From positions 99,386,001 through 99,450,000 of the forward strand of contig OZ024742.1 of assembly GCA_964016885.1 (NCBI GenBank): a DNA stretch of 64,000 nt, written 5' to 3'. Under the pieces are notes generated by a model, which saw only the letters and a program-made list of their open reading frames with translations, was not told the DNA's origin and did not search any database. Source of the stretch: Eledone cirrhosa. Taxonomy: Eukaryota. Below, in pieces: positions 1 through 15,223 of the stretch (positions are counted from its first letter, which is position 1; each line of letters starts with the position of its first letter). The position numbers were made by a program, and so were the translations under genes.

Positions 1-110
1 ATATAAGAAGAGCAAAATGTTAGTATACGTAAATTAACAAGGAAGTGCTGTCTTTCTCTCCCTCTCCCCCTTGTCCTGCTCCACCCAACTACGGTTGCAG
101 ATTAAAATAT

Positions 111-291
111 AATTGTTTCTATTTTGGGCACAAGGCCAACAAATACCCAGTACATTACTGGTACTTTATTTTATCGACCCCGTAAGGATGAAAGGCAAAG
201 TTAATCTCGACATGATTTGAACTCAGATCATAAAGGGACGTAACTCTATGCTTCAAAGCATGGTGTCCGACTCTCTACCGATACTGTCAAT
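111..291 (-). mobile_element. tRNA-derived SINE (family 1)
   Basis: Reverse complement has B-box GAGTTCAAAT, central CCTTTCATCCTTACGGGGTCGATAAAATAAAGTACCAGT and 3' GGCCTTGTGCC...AGAAACAATT; matches other copies in the window. Confidence 0.85.
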
Positions 292-1370
292 AATGAATGC
301 TATATGAATTATGAATTTATGAGCGTAAAGAAAGTAAGCAGTTTCTTTCATTGGCGAGGGAAATTGTATAAGTGCCATAACCAGCCTCTGTACATTTTGG
401 TCCGACCCCGTGAGAAAGTGGGTTTATTATGGAACAAAACACAATAAACAACGATTGAAAAGAAATTCAGAATGTTCTATGCTATAAATGAAAAGTAGTA
501 ATTCTTATATGTTTCATTCCAGTTTTACCTCCTTATTCAATTGATGTAATTATCAGTAACAACGTTGCACAAACTCCACAATAACCAAAAAAAAAAACAG
601 CAACACGTGGAAATGTAATGCTTTTTGAAATGTAAGTATTTTTTTTTAAATCTAATATACTATTAACATTGAATACACGTGTATTCATAAGACGTGGACT
701 GCCGAAACATACGTATAGAGTTGGTGAAGAATAAAATGATGAAATTATACACTTCGCCTTTTTTTGATTTTATAATTTTAACGAAACAAAACAACCATTA
801 AATTGTGACCTTGAGAGAGAGAGACAACACACTGCTGGCCTGCCTCTTCTCTCTGTTGCATCTTTTCCTCTTCATTCAGTCCTACACCTGCAGTATATGA
901 CTAAAATCTCTTTCTCGCACTCTGCTCTCGATTGTTAGCCATTACGACGACTTTCATAATTCATCAACAGACACGCCTACAGGCCGCCTCTTGGATTCTT
1001 TTTGAAGGTGTACATAATCACAACCCTTCTTGTGAAAGCTTCACCACTGCTAAATATTGCTAGCTTTCTCTCTATTAGACAACAACAAATATTTCTCCCA
1101 GGCAAAAACAGGTCACGAGGAGTATGAGTTGTCTTTCTTGGCGTAACTTGCCGTAATGTGCCGTAACAAGCTACGGGTCGCACGCTAACATTTTCCCTGG
1201 ATACTGCGGAGTGTCATGGCTTCTTTTTGTTAATTTCTTCTTTAAGTATTGGCTCTGAGGAGAACATCTACCAGAGAACCATGGCAAAACCGTGCCAGGC
1301 AAGGTTGTGTAAATTCTGATGTATTACATACCCGCTTACTCAAGCTATAGATCCATCACACTCTCACCAC

Positions 1371-1467
<97 letters not shown>

Positions 1468-3938
1468 GTACTACTGCAGCTGCTGTGGTCAATCGCAGCT
1501 GATCGTGTATTATTTGTTAGTAAGCAATATGATTTTGTTAAAGGTTTTATGTGTCCCTGCTGTCACGAGCAGATAAACACACATTCATGACTCTCTGATT
1601 CTCTTTCCTTTTAACTAGCAAAACATAAATGATGTGACACCTTGAAAGAGAAGACTTTATAACAGTCTTAATGTAATACATACTCTCTCAACCCATTTCA
1701 TCTCTACAATTAGCTTTGATAATTAATTATGTTTGCGTGACTATCAACCTTTTTTTCATGATGGCAATGATGAGAATGATTACCATTATTATATGTAATA
1801 GACGGTCCCAATCCTTCTCCTGTATAATCAGTTGTGTTCCAGGTGATTAGTCTTCAACATCTGTGGTATTTAAATCCCAAGGTGAAATTTGAACGCAGAG
1901 TACTAACGACGGGACAACTATCACAAGTCACTTTGTCCGACGCTCTAACAATCTTGCTAACTCACGGCCATTTACTGATACTTTATTTTATCGACGTGAA
2001 AATAAAAGATGACATCACCATGAATTGAACTCTGTGCGCAGAGAACCGGAACAAATACCACAATCTAATGCTCAAACGATTTTACCAATTCGCCTCTAAC
2101 CCAACTTGATTTATTAAGTCGACTTGATAAGTAAATATCATGAATACATAAACTAATTTAGTTAACTCATCTACGTAAATGAGGCTCTTATATTGGGATC
2201 ATTTCTCTTTTCTACCAATTAATTATATTAATTTGAGACTAAAGAGTTAAAGAATTTTACGTCTGATGGAGTCGTAAGGGTATCGTCCTGACACACGGCG
2301 TGTCTTGAGCATTTTAGACCTGGTGGAGCCCATCTCTCGACCGATTTCTTTCATAGAATGAATTGACACACGTTCTGGTCTTGTACATTATTTATTTTTC
2401 TCAAAATCAGGAAAGACAAAACTGATTTCGATGGGACTTGAACACCCCGCGCCTTAAGCCGGAACAAATTCGAAAACATTTTAATTTGATGCTCTAACGA
2501 AATGTATAAATCGCTGCTTTTTTGAGAATGATGATATAATTAATTTAGAGCATTCAATGTATCTTTATTTGTACTCATTATATCGGTTGAATTAAGATTA
2601 GAATGAAAGGCATTCAGATGCTCATAAATTACATCTGCAATACAACATATTAGTACCATCAAGGAAATCACCAGCATCATATCTAAATAGTGATATATGG
2701 AAATTATTAATATAGACAAAAAAGGGAAATGAATCTAAGGTAGGATGCCCAAAGGACACATTTACTTATTTATTGCAATAAACACAGTCTGAATTCTGTT
2801 CCGGAAAAAAAGAATTGCTGTTGATATTACAGATGTGGCGTGAAGTTGGAAAATATGATGAACGGGAAAATAAATGTATATTGTTTTACGTAGTGGTAAA
2901 CAGCTTCGATTACCTGAAAGGAGGGGTATTGTGTATGGATATGTACAGCCATGCATATGATATATATTGTCTCTAACTAATTTTTAAAAGAAACTGTCAA
3001 ATCATGAATAAACTTTATTTTTCATTACAATAAGTTTAAAGAATGTAAATTAAGCTTGTTTATGTAAATAAATTGAAGAGACTTAAGAAACCTCACAGTA
3101 TCATTTAAAACCACTGAAATTTTTTCAATAATCCTTCATAGCTCATAATATTTCTTATTCAGCACGGAGGTGTATTAATGTTACAACAGACTTGATATTA
3201 AACGGCATAACATCGCAGAAGGACTATTTTTGCCATTTAAAACAATACAAAAGAATCTATTATATTAAATTTAAAAAATTGTTTTCTTTGGCGTCACTGG
3301 TCACGTAGATTATTCTGGCACACAACGAAATATAAGGACACCTGCAATAAAGAGGATTGGGCGTTTGTTTCTTTATCATAATGACAACTGTATGGCTTAA
3401 TTTTTTATCAGATATCAAAGGAAGAGGGGCAATTATTGTGTAGTAGTTTGAGCTATTTTCCTCGACGTACATTTTTAATCTTCGTAAATTTTCAAGCAGA
3501 TGAAGTATGCATATTTCAATCTTTAATGAGATCTATCCTTGTTTCAGTTTTGTATTTTTTATATGACTATTATTATTAATTTTTCAACAAAAATATGGTT
3601 GGGATTTTCATAATCAGCATGCTAACATCGGACAGTGTTCATCAAACGGGAAAGATACATCGTTTCAGATAAAAGGAACACTATGTTTTGTTAAAGGTAG
3701 GGGAGAATTTAATAGAATAATTTATCTATCATGTTCTCGTCTGTACAACACGATCTTAAGCACACGAGTAACCATTCAATTTATGTACTTGAAACTGATG
3801 GTGAGTATCTACCTCGGTTAACCTACACTAACACAAGACTATACGTACTTATACGTGTACACATAACGTGTATATCTATTTTTCTATCTATTTCTCTAAT
3901 TCCTTTTCTTCTCTCTCGCTCTGTATGCACACACACAA

Positions 3939-3993
<55 letters not shown>

Positions 3994-4396
3994 CATATAT
4001 GTTCTTATGTATGTATATGTATAAACACATACACATACATACACACACGCACAGCCAAATATAGGTGTAGTAAAAATATATATATATCCAATTAGACGTT
4101 TCTCCGCTATCTTCAAAGCGGAGGAAGGTCCGCCCTATTTCCTTAGTGACTTATCCTTCTTCACCATCACCAATACCATCAACATCACCACCATGACCAC
4201 AATCGTCATCATTATCATCATCACCATAATCACCATCGTCAACGTCATAATTCTCGTCGTTATCATTTAATAATGTAAAGTGTTACTAATGGCTTTTCGT
4301 CGGATTGTAGTGGATAAAAAAATAGTTTATAAATTATTGAAAAGTGGAAAATATTGATGCTTTATAGAAACCGTGGGGTTGAGCAGGAAGTGAGAC

Positions 4397-4436
<40 letters not shown>

Positions 4437-4625
4437 ATGGTGGTTGTGGTGGTGGTGGTGGTGGTTGTGACGGTGGTGGAAAAGGTGGCGGTGCTGGTGG
4501 TGGTGTTAGTAGTAGTAATGGTGGTGGTGGTGGTGGTGGTGGTGGTGGTTTTTGTAGTAGTATTAGTGGTGGTGGTGGTGGCAGTGGTGGCGTTGTTGGT
4601 AGTTGTTCTAATGGTGGGGTGGTGC

Positions 4626-4662
<37 letters not shown>

Positions 4663-4778
4663 CGTAGGATGGGACTTAGTATACAACTTTATATTCGTAT
4701 TGCTTAGCCCCATGTCAATTCTGATCCTGGAATCCACTGTCATCGTCCAGTTTGATCTGCTATAATTGTTTTATACAG

Positions 4779-4850
4779 GATGGATCCTTTGTGGATTTGG
4801 ACTACAAACATTCCCTTGTTTGATCATATGTTTGTCATTCCTATTAATGT
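4779..4850 (+). CDS. Candidate 72-nt host exon encoding a hydrophobic, signal-peptide-like stretch
   Basis: Flanked by tgttttatacAG and GTGAGT; 72 nt, symmetric phase; reads (G)WILCGFGLQTFPCLIICLSFLLM without a stop; no partner exons found. Confidence 0.3.
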
Positions 4851-5289
4851 GTGAGTGTATATTCCATACACACGTATAGCTTTAACATAATTCCAAATCT
4901 ATGATCCAAACCAATTATATAAGACCGGTTGCGTTTTGTGCCGGTTTATGTATGTATCCATGTATCTATGTATGTATGTATGTATGTATTTATGTATGTA
5001 TGTATCCATGTATCTATGTATGTATGTATTTATGTATGTATGTATGTATGTACCCATGTATCTATGTATGTATGTGTGTATGTAGGTATGTATACATGTA
5101 TATATATGTTCTGGGTTTATTATCTTATTTTCACTAATAGAGAGAGAGACGATTTCTAATAGCGGAGCAAGGCTCTTTTATTGGAATTTAGTCATCAAGT
5201 AAGTATATAAATATGTATGTCTATGTGTGAATGTGTTTGTGTCCAGATATAGGTGTTGTTGCATGTGTGGATCTGTATGTTTTGAGTTA

Positions 5290-6022
5290 TATGTGTATAT
5301 GGATTATTTTACAAGCTGAATTTCTGAAAACGCTTTCAAGTTTTAACAGTTCCATTGATAGAAAATACTTGCAAATTCCTAACTAGATGTATCCTTTCAG
5401 GTTCTGTGAAACTCAACATCCAAGGATTTGTATTGAGGCAATTATTAACATACCAAAAAGTCACAATTATCACAGGTATACATCTAAAAGTACAGTTAGG
5501 TTGGAGTCTCTGCACATTCCTCATTAGTCCAGCATAAATATTCCTCCTTTCGCGAATCGTTAGAATTATATTGACATCTTGGTGGATTAGCAGTCTCGGT
5601 AGAGCGTCAGACACCATGCTTTGGCCATTTAAGGTCTGAGGTCAAATCACGCCGAGGTTAACTTTGCCTCTCATCCTTACAGTGTCCATAAAATAACCCA
5701 CCTGTAATGCACTGGCGTAATTGCTGGCCTTGTGCCAAAAGTAGAAATAATTATATTGACAACTACTGGGCGGCTGATTTCCGCTAATATGCAGGCCATT
5801 TTTTTCTCTGTCGAATATCATTATGTCTGGTCTGTTATGTTTGCAGTTTATTGGGGTATTCACTGGAACATTGCAGCAATACTTTCCCATATATTATATG
5901 CATATGCCCTCCATATCATTAACTTTTATACTTTTATTCTCAGGGATTGCATTGGATAATTTATACGGGTTGCATTGTATAGTGTGTTGGCCAATATGAC
6001 ATGGCACATAGGCAGATGTATG
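5290..6022 (-). mobile_element. Decayed 3' fragment of an R4/Dong-like non-LTR retrotransposon (RLE endonuclease), split by a SINE
   Basis: Translation NVPVNTPINCKHNRPDIMIFDREK parallels the RLE ORF at 33251-33690; has stops and frameshifts. Confidence 0.75.
5581..5752 (+). mobile_element. SINE family 1 inserted in the R4-like element
   Basis: SINE body with the direct repeat AATTATATTGACA on both sides (TSD). Confidence 0.8.
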
Positions 6023-6026
6023 CATG

Positions 6027-6105
<79 letters not shown>

Positions 6106-6207
6106 CAAAGGAATTGGGTAAGGAACCAGATGGACCAAAGGAATTGTGGTAAGGAACCAGATGGACCATAATGCTCCAGAAGACCCGTCGGGGTCATACT
6201 TTTTCCC

Positions 6208-6249
<42 letters not shown>

Positions 6250-6269
6250 TATACATGCATACATACATG

Positions 6270-6321
<52 letters not shown>

Positions 6322-6375
6322 CATGCATACATCTGGCTATGTGCCATGTCATATATATATGTATATATATATATG

Positions 6376-6422
<47 letters not shown>

Positions 6423-6470
6423 ATAAAATAATAGGAGGCTGGACTGGTGTAAATCCTTGAAAGGTTTATT

Positions 6471-6528
6471 ATACTATGATTATTTCAATGACCGGGTTCC
6501 GTATGAATCCGGTGATATCATCAGGTAT
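6471..6528 (-). ncRNA. Type I hammerhead ribozyme motif (family A)
   Basis: Minus strand: ATAC CTGATGA [tatcACCGG..CCGGTcatt] GAAA T aatc ATA GTAT; stem I ATAC/GTAT, minimal stem III. Confidence 0.7.
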
Positions 6529-8284
6529 TCGAAATATAATAAAGGAATATAACAGATGAAATCCATGGGGCTGAAAGTCATAGACAAGAGGACGACCGAC
6601 CATCTAGCATCTTCTACCTCAGTCGGTCGCCCTCAAGTGTTGGCTATTCGGTCTACTTATGACCATCTGGTGAGGGGGGCGAAAGCTTATAATGTGCTAC
6701 TACCTTCCCGTCAAAGAGAAAAGGGAAGAAAGAAAGAAGAAAAGTCAGCGTTAAGGTCATGCTACAATCAGGCTAGAAATTGCCGCAAAAAATGTTTTTC
6801 CAAAGAACCTAAATCTTAACAGAGGCATATGTAGTGGGCGCCTGTATGGTATAATGTGCGATCAGAAATTTGGAATGTAAAACTTATGTTTAGAGTTATA
6901 GGATGAAAATAAAAAAATTAAAAAAGTTTAAGGTTTAGTTAAAGAATTTACAGAGAGAGTCTTTTATGAAAAAGTTTAAGTGTATTATAGAGATTTTCGA
7001 TAAGTCTTCAGGCTGGGATATAGAGTAAAGATTAAGCCCTTGTTTAGCAGTCAATAACCACGTGTCAAGCGCTCCGAGTGATATCGTCTAGCGAAAGAGA
7101 TGGAAATTAATTTTTCCGAGAACTCCAGGAATGTAACTGTCTTAGGCGTCGGGTGTGCTAGCGGGAAGTCTGCCATCACCGTCAGGCCATCACTATACCA
7201 AACGAATACTATTAATTCACACAAGAGGGGAATTTGTTTACGTGCCAGTAGAGGGAGGCATGATACAGCTAATAGTTATGATTAGGCCTAGAATTTAAAG
7301 GTACTATATGGCGGTCAAAACCGGCGGCGTGGCGAGCCGCGGGGCGAAGCAAGCCGTTCCGAGTAATTTCATTTACCGAAAGAAGGGGAAATTTATTTTT
7401 CCAAGCACTGAAGAAAGGTTTATCTACCAGAGCGCAAGGCACGCAGCCGGGTAAGCCACCACATCAGTCGGATCATCTCGTGTAACCAAACGATTATTAT
7501 ATATTCACACCCGTGATGTGAGGTTGAAAGTGTTAAAACCCGATGAAATGCGCAAATAGACTATATTTAAGTCCCCAGTTCGGGTTATAAGTAGTGTGGT
7601 TCTTTGGTGGATAGGGGGAGATATAAGGGTACAGAGAGTAATATTCTAGTGTCGTGTGCTAATGAGCACAATGATAAGTATATAATGAGTGTAAAGCGAG
7701 TAAAACCCTAAATAAAAGGAACAATAAGCAAAAATACATAAATAAATAAAAGCAGAATACAAAGATAAAAATACATTAATAAAATACATTAATAAAAGTA
7801 AAAATACATAAATAAAACGCTGTCATAGCTAGGGTGGTGATGGAGAAAAACGGAAGTATATAGGAACATATCGGAGAAATCAAAACACAGAGGAAATACA
7901 ACATAGATTAAGTTGAAGTTAGATAATACAAGGTTATACATATAGATATAGAGGATGGAAGAGATGGAATGGTATCAGGTGATACCTAGTGTATGTTCGA
8001 GTCTCAGAATTCAGTGTGAATCACAAAGTCCCTGAAGTATAGGTTAGAGAATTCAGTCAATACAATACAGGTTATAGTATAATCCGTAGAATTTTGTCGA
8101 AGTCTGAATATTCCCGACAGGGAAGCAGCATTGGACCAGGTGGGCGGTAGACAAAGCATAGGGCAGCCAAAATCCGAATGGTGAGTAGATCAGTCAGTCC
8201 CATGCTGGCGGTAGCTGTACACTGGAGTCAGTGCCGCTGTTCAATATTACATCTGAAAGCGCTAAACATTTCTGGAGCATTATT

Positions 8285-8395
8285 TATTTAGGTTTGTTGG
8301 TTCACCACTGGATAGAATTGGTCATTCCGTGTGGTCAATCGAGATTGACCATCCGGAATGACCAATTCTATCCAGTGGTGAACCAGCAAACCTAA

Positions 8396-8397
<2 letters not shown>
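8285..8397. repeat. Near-perfect hairpin palindrome, arms about 55 bp
   Basis: TTTAGGTTTGTTGGTTCACCACTGGATAGAATTGGTCATTCC...GGTCAATC ga GATTGACC...GGAATGACCAATTCTATCCAGTGGTGAACCAGCAAACCTAAA. Confidence 0.95.
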
Positions 8398-8428
<31 letters not shown>

Positions 8429-8513
8429 CGTTATTCCGGGTTGAATCGGAAGTAACCACAGTAAGTAAGGTACTCAATACATTGCAGAGTATAACATTTT
8501 TTATATATAGATG

Positions 8514-8564
8514 AGATTCTACAGGACTAGAACTGTTTCATTCTTTAGAAATCATCAGGAATCT
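8514..8564 (-). ncRNA. Type I hammerhead ribozyme motif (family B)
   Basis: Minus strand: AGATTC CTGATGA tTTCtaaaGAAt GAA ACAG ttctagtc CTGT A GAATCT; all three stems pair, GUA cleavage triplet. Confidence 0.85.
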
Positions 8565-8590
8565 AAAACGAGTTGGCAGCCACCACCATG

Positions 8591-8640
<50 letters not shown>

Positions 8641-8641
<1 letters not shown>

Positions 8642-9246
8642 GGTGGTGGCTGCCAACTCGTTTTCGAGTACGGCCACTACTTTATATCCATGTAGGAGAA
8701 CCCTACCGATGCGCTTAACGAGTGTGACTTTTTAGTCCAGCCAGCGACTTGAAAACTCTGGTACAAACACTACACTTGTGACAATTATTGACACATAGTG
8801 CTGGGCCCATGGTACCATGTGATGACAAGTGCAGAGAGATCTCCAGATATAAAGCAATCCCTGTGCCGTGAAGCTTTTATAGTGAGCAAAGGCACTGCAA
8901 AAAGCCAGTCCCACTCTTTTAACCAAGATGATATTTACCAAAAAGAAGAACAAGTCAACATCATTGGATACCATCAGGGTTGCAGGTGTTATATCAGAGT
9001 TTTCCTTCTCCTAGAATTCTGCCTTTACAAAGGCTAAGGGGTCATCTCTCCCCGTGATTTTGGATGGCCATTGACTCTTAAGAGCTCCTTTGCCCTTTGA
9101 CAGGTTTTGTTTTTAGTCCTGCAGGATGTCCAAAGTCACCCTCCTCACCAAGAAACCTTGGTGGGGTTGCCAGTTTAGTCACCAACGACCCGACCATGAG
9201 ACAGGTTGTACGTATGTCAGGTCACCAGTTGGTGCTACTGGTAACA
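8641..9246 (-). mobile_element. LINE-like 3' fragment ending in a C2H2 zinc finger (RTE-like), copy 1
   Basis: Near-identical to 13031-13507 and 32713-33220; same 3' end GAAAACGAGTTGGCAGCCA. Confidence 0.7.
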
Positions 9247-9275
9247 TGTATATACATACATACATATATACATAC

Positions 9276-9420
<145 letters not shown>

Positions 9421-9952
9421 TGTATGTATGTATGCATGCATGCATGCATGCATGCATGCCTATATGCATGCATATAATGGCAAAAGATAATCTCACGAAT
9501 ACACCAATGAACTATTCTCACGTTCTTTCGTTCGTTTGTCCGGCTTTTTGACATGCAAACGTCATGAGGATGTAACCTCAAGGAACCAGTAGACAGAACT
9601 GAAAAGAGGTTTCCCCGCCGTATAGCATGTTTGATGCGCTGAAGAATCAATTTCAACGCTCGTGATTCATTCTAATTGGGATCTAATTTGGTGTGTCAGG
9701 ATGTTAAAGTATCAGTCACTAGTCACATAAGCAAATTTAATAGTAGCTCTTATATGTGTATTTTTTTCATTGAGTCAAATAAATGTCACCAAACAAAAAA
9801 CTCAAGGACTTAACCAGCGGTTTTCATTTTCTCCTCTCTCCCAAACCACTTACTTCCAAGATTTTTTTCCAAACAATTCAAAAATTATACTAATATGCCA
9901 TCATGGTATTGTAGTGTCCTCCTCTCATTTAATCTTTCCCTGTTGAGTTTTC

Positions 9953-10006
<54 letters not shown>

Positions 10007-10440
10007 GAGAAATAAGAGCGGTCAAGACAACGAAATAAAATCAATTTTTTAAAGGGAGCCCATTAAAATGTATTTAAAAAAATAAAAGTACAAACGAAGG
10101 ACATAGAACTCCAGGGACATCGGAGGATTTCGAGGTTCCGACCTCTACTAATAGTACTGTTGGTCCTCCCGGGGTCACAGCGTCTGACGCCAACGAAACG
10201 CTATCCAGTGGAGTAAGAGACGAGAGGCAAAACATTAATTTATAGAAGTACACATAGAATTTCATGAGGCGTCCGAATAAAACAAAGAAGAAAAGAAAAT
10301 AGAAAGAAAGTATAAAAAGCAAGACGAAAGGAAGATATTAAAAAATGTGTAATCAATTGCAATAAAAGTGGGGTGAAGGGATGGCACGTGCGTCACATTA
10401 GTATATATATATTATTTACTCAGCATTAACTCTTATGGAC

Positions 10441-10625
10441 GGGGGATTGGCAGTATCGGTAGATGGTCGGACGCCATGCTTTTCAGCATAGTTGCGTCCC
10501 ATTACGATCTGAGTTCAAATCCCGCCGAGGTTGACTTTGCCTTTCATCCTTACGGGGTCGATAAAATAAAGTACCAGTAATGCACTGGGTAATTGCTGGC
10601 CTTGTGCCTAAAGTAGAAACAATTA
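10441..10625 (+). mobile_element. SINE family 1, full length with TSD
   Basis: A-box TGGCAGTATCGG, B-box GAGTTCAAATCC; ATTAACTCTTATGGACGG duplicated at both ends. Confidence 0.9.
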
Positions 10626-11504
10626 ACTCTTATGGACGGTTTGGAAAAATAATTATTATGACTGAATTACGCAATCGCACTTTTTTTAAATGCATTATTT
10701 AAAATATTTGGTGGGGCGAGATGTATGTTTTAAATTTATATTTGAATTGCATGCCTCTTCATATTAACTTTATTAATTTTCTTTACTGATTATGATATAT
10801 GCTTTTCACTGTACATAACCTTTGTCTATCAGCATATTTTACAATTTTTCAGTAACAGCAAGTTTTATAATTTTTTTAAATTTCTAATGCTTTTATCTCC
10901 TCCTAATTTATATGTTCCTAATCTGTTTATGCCTCTTCCGCCTCTGTTATTTTATATCTTATATAAATGTTGATACTTATGCTTATCTAGCCTTCCATAT
11001 TATGTATAATCCTAATGTTCTTGTGACAAAGTTTTGATATTATATTTGTCTTTAGCCTTTATTATCTACTACGATGATTCCGGTCTTGTGCTAGGATGAA
11101 ATGATCGTAAGTGATTAAATATTTTAAACACTCTTTGATTGTCATTTATATTGTTTTTCGGCTCTGTAGTATACTTCGTATTTTACATTAAGCTATGTTA
11201 ATACTTGCAATTGCGTAATATTTATTATTACCCACATGTATATATAGCTGCAATTATATATATGGTGAGACTAAATGGTGAGACTAAATCTGACCAATGG
11301 GATGGAGGTAGATTCCACTTTTACTTGAATTCGTTCATTCAAAATCATGCGTGGCCTTTGCTTTCAGAAAACAACACCATACTTCACCACTGAGCATATT
11401 AAAAACATCGAAATAACAGAGGTAAACTTTATTTCATCATGGTTTTCTATTTTTTTCTGTTCAAATTCTTGCTGTCTGATGTTGTCAGAGCTGTTGCAGT
11501 ATAA

Positions 11505-11600
<96 letters not shown>

Positions 11601-12127
11601 ATGTGTGTGTGTGTATCTGCGTATGTGTGTGTCTGTGTGTATGTCTGCGTATGTGTGTGTCTGTGTTTGTGTGTGTATCTGCGTATGTGTGTGTCTGTGT
11701 GTATGTCTGCGTATGTGTGTGTCTGTGTGTATGTCTGCGTATGTGTGTATGTGTGTGTGTGTGCGCGCGTGAATGTACATATTGCTTTTTTAATAATATA
11801 CTGTATGTTTATTTAAGAACATTTTGAAGGCCTTAGGGTATGCATTTCAGTTAGTGACTAACGTCATATGCCTCGCTTCAGCAAAATCAAACGGAAATAA
11901 TCGACGATGGCTTCTCGATTTTTAGTGGTTGTCTTTGCTGTGAGCTATAGAAGCTGGATTCTGATTGAATTCTAATCATGTTTATCCGCTCTGAGTTTAA
12001 TGAGTTTAAACAACTCATAACGGCCTTCAAAATGTTTTAAAATAAACATACAGTATATTATCAAATATACAATACTTACATTCCTATATACATCGCTATT
12101 TCAGAGCACCATCACAAATTTCTACAC

Positions 12128-12239
<112 letters not shown>

Positions 12240-12528
12240 AACGTCATTAGGAAAAAGCAACTGGAGGACACCACAAGACAATGATAATATAGTAGTATAT
12301 ATTGTTTCACCCGCTTAGCTTGCTCGCTCTTTTGGCTTAGGTGGTTAATGGCTTCTTAACCATCGTCTCAGTTTTGTATGGCCTTTTTAACTTATGTTTA
12401 TAACTCTGGTATATCCATATCCATTGAGCGCTCGCCAACACAATTCGGAAGTTGCGTTTCGCTAATTTCTACTCGCCGAAATGCGATTCTCGCTAAATGT
12501 ATATATATATATATATACAAATGTGTGT

Positions 12529-12631
<103 letters not shown>

Positions 12632-13030
12632 ATTGAACTCGTGCTATGTGTTGGTATGTTTAGAACACGAGTGTATGATCAAATATCTTTTATAATATAT
12701 GTATATATGGACTCACAAAAAATAGGCTTATATATAATATATGTACTAAAGATATTGCAGGTTTTTTCGCTGCGATCATGTCACGCTCCGTACCAGTGTA
12801 AGTGTACTATATGAGGTATTTCAGAATGGTCATCCATCATCAGTAAAGTTTTACTCACTGTGAGATACTCATATTATTCTTTTTGTAAGTGTGTTCGTAT
12901 GGCGTATTCACACGGGTGGTTATCAGTATAATAATGTTAATGAGTGAATTTGTGTATGTAAATTAAAATGTGCATAAATATATGTACGTATTTGTGCATG
13001 TATATATGAATGCATCTATGTATGTATCCA

Positions 13031-13507
13031 TAGTCCTGCAGGACTAAAAACAAAACCTGTCAAAGAGCATAGGAGCTCTTAAGAGTCAATGGCCATCCAA
13101 AATCACCGGGAGAGATGACCCCTTAGCTTTTGTCAAGGCAGAATTCTAGGAGAAGGAAAACTCTGATATAACACCTGCAACCCTGATGGTGTCCCATGAT
13201 GTTGACTTGTTCTTCTTTTTGGTAAATATCATCTTGGTTAAGAGAGTGGGACTGGCTTTGTGCAGTGCCTTTTCTCACTATAAAAGCTTCACGGCACAGG
13301 CACTACTTTATATCTGGAGATCTCTCTGCACTTGGTACCATGAGCCCAGCACAATGTGTCAATAATTGTCCCAAGTGTAGTGTTTGTACCAGAGTTTTCA
13401 AGTCGCTGGCTGGACTAAAAAGTCACACTCGTTCAGCGCATCGGTAGGGGTTCTCCTACATGGATATAAAGTAGTGGCCGTACTCGAAAACGAGTTGGCA
13501 GCCAGCA
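13031..13507 (+). mobile_element. LINE-like 3' fragment ending in a C2H2 zinc finger, copy 2
   Basis: ORF 13265-13447 ends KCSVCTRVFKSLAGLKSHTRSAHR*, followed by a short UTR and TATG-type repeats. Confidence 0.7.
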
Positions 13508-14690
13508 TATATGTATGTATCTGTGTATATATGTGTCTGTATGTTTGTATGTATGTATGCATACACGCATGATTATATGTGTGTATGCATGTATGTATTG
13601 TGTATGTATTCATGTATGTATGCACGTATGTGTGTATCCATGCATACATATATGTATGTACGAATGCTTGTATGATGTATATATGTCTGTATGTATGTAT
13701 ATGTGTATGCAATATGTATGTATCAGTGTATGTATTCATGCATACAAATATATTTGTATATATGTACATACGCATGTATTTAGAAAAATATGGATGGATG
13801 CATATATGTATGTATATATGTATTTATGTATGTATGTTTGTATCTATGTTTGTATGGATGATGGATGGATAGAAAGCTGGATGAATGGATGTATTATGTA
13901 TGTATGAATGTATATGTGGATGGAGAGATGGATGGATGGATGGAAGGATCTAGAGCAGCTTGAGTATTCATGAAGTAAGTGTTAGTCACCAAATTGCACG
14001 TGGCAAGTCTTTGTATAGGTGACAGAAGTGTGGTGTGTCGGATGTGGTAGGGTGGCGGGTGATCCGGTGCGGGAATGTAATGACGAAAGCTAGCCAGTGG
14101 TTTTGGGTTTCCCCCAGAGGATCTGTTCAAAGTCACCGGATACTGTTATGTGTCCTTGCTTAGAAGAAGAAATAAAATGTTCAACTATAAATAAAAATGA
14201 AAATGAAAAAGATCTCCTCAATACGATACTGCATAAAAACATCTGCCGGATGTTAATCACATAAGCCAGAGAAGAACTTACTCTGGCATGTCCCTTCATC
14301 TTAAAAATTAGCGTTGTTGTGTTCTGTATATTTAGCTGGAAATGACGAGATAATGAGATGACAAGATGACGGGGAGGAAAGTGGACAGCAAACAAATGCC
14401 GTGTAAATAGACCATGGAAATGGTGGAAGCATAGTTATAGGTGCTATTGAATGAAAAACTTGATTCTAACAAGTTGCTAATCATTAGTAACTTTCTGAGA
14501 AAATGTTGTTACCTGTGCAAAAAATGAACAAACAATAAAGATAATGCAACGGTTTATTTATCAGACAGACTCTGAACAAAAGCACTGTCTACTGAATTAT
14601 GTAACATATATGATACTTTATAAACAAAACAAATACATATACAATATATATATATATATATGTGTGTGTTTGTATATTTATGTATATTTA

Positions 14691-14754
<64 letters not shown>

Positions 14755-15223
14755 CATCCGCATCATTATTATAAAACGTTCGTTTTCTCTGCTGCCAAGG
14801 ATATATTATCCACATAATCTTAGTGTTGCCAATTCAATATTTACAAGATTATTGGATATACTGACACAAGAATACAGGACAAAAAGAAAACATGATGTAT
14901 TCTTTTTTTACTTTTTCTTCTGTGGAATCTCCGATATTATTTCTACTCTCCGCTCGCAACCTTCTTCTCAGATAGTTAATGTCGTAGTTTCGAATCTTAA
15001 TTCTAGCTGTTTTATTTCACTTAAACTAACAATAATGTTCTGCCACGTATAAATATAATATCGACTCAACAGAATTTTTGTCTGTTTCCCTAGTTCAATA
15101 TTACTCAACCGTTTTTGTTCGATGCCCCACTTCGATTTACAAGAAGAAAAAGAAAAGAAAAATCTTTGCTGACTCCAGGAAACTTAAAGCACTTTATATA
15201 GCGTATTACATATGGTCCTTGTG

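Noticed and set aside
4327-4743. Pro/Thr-rich ORF
   Set aside because: Produced by (GGT)n/(AGT)n microsatellites
10441-10530. tRNA gene
   Set aside because: The A and B boxes belong to a SINE head; no cloverleaf, and a SINE body with TSD follows
11066-11113. ACGATGA..GAAAT gatc GTA motif
   Set aside because: Two core mismatches; counted only as a decayed HHR
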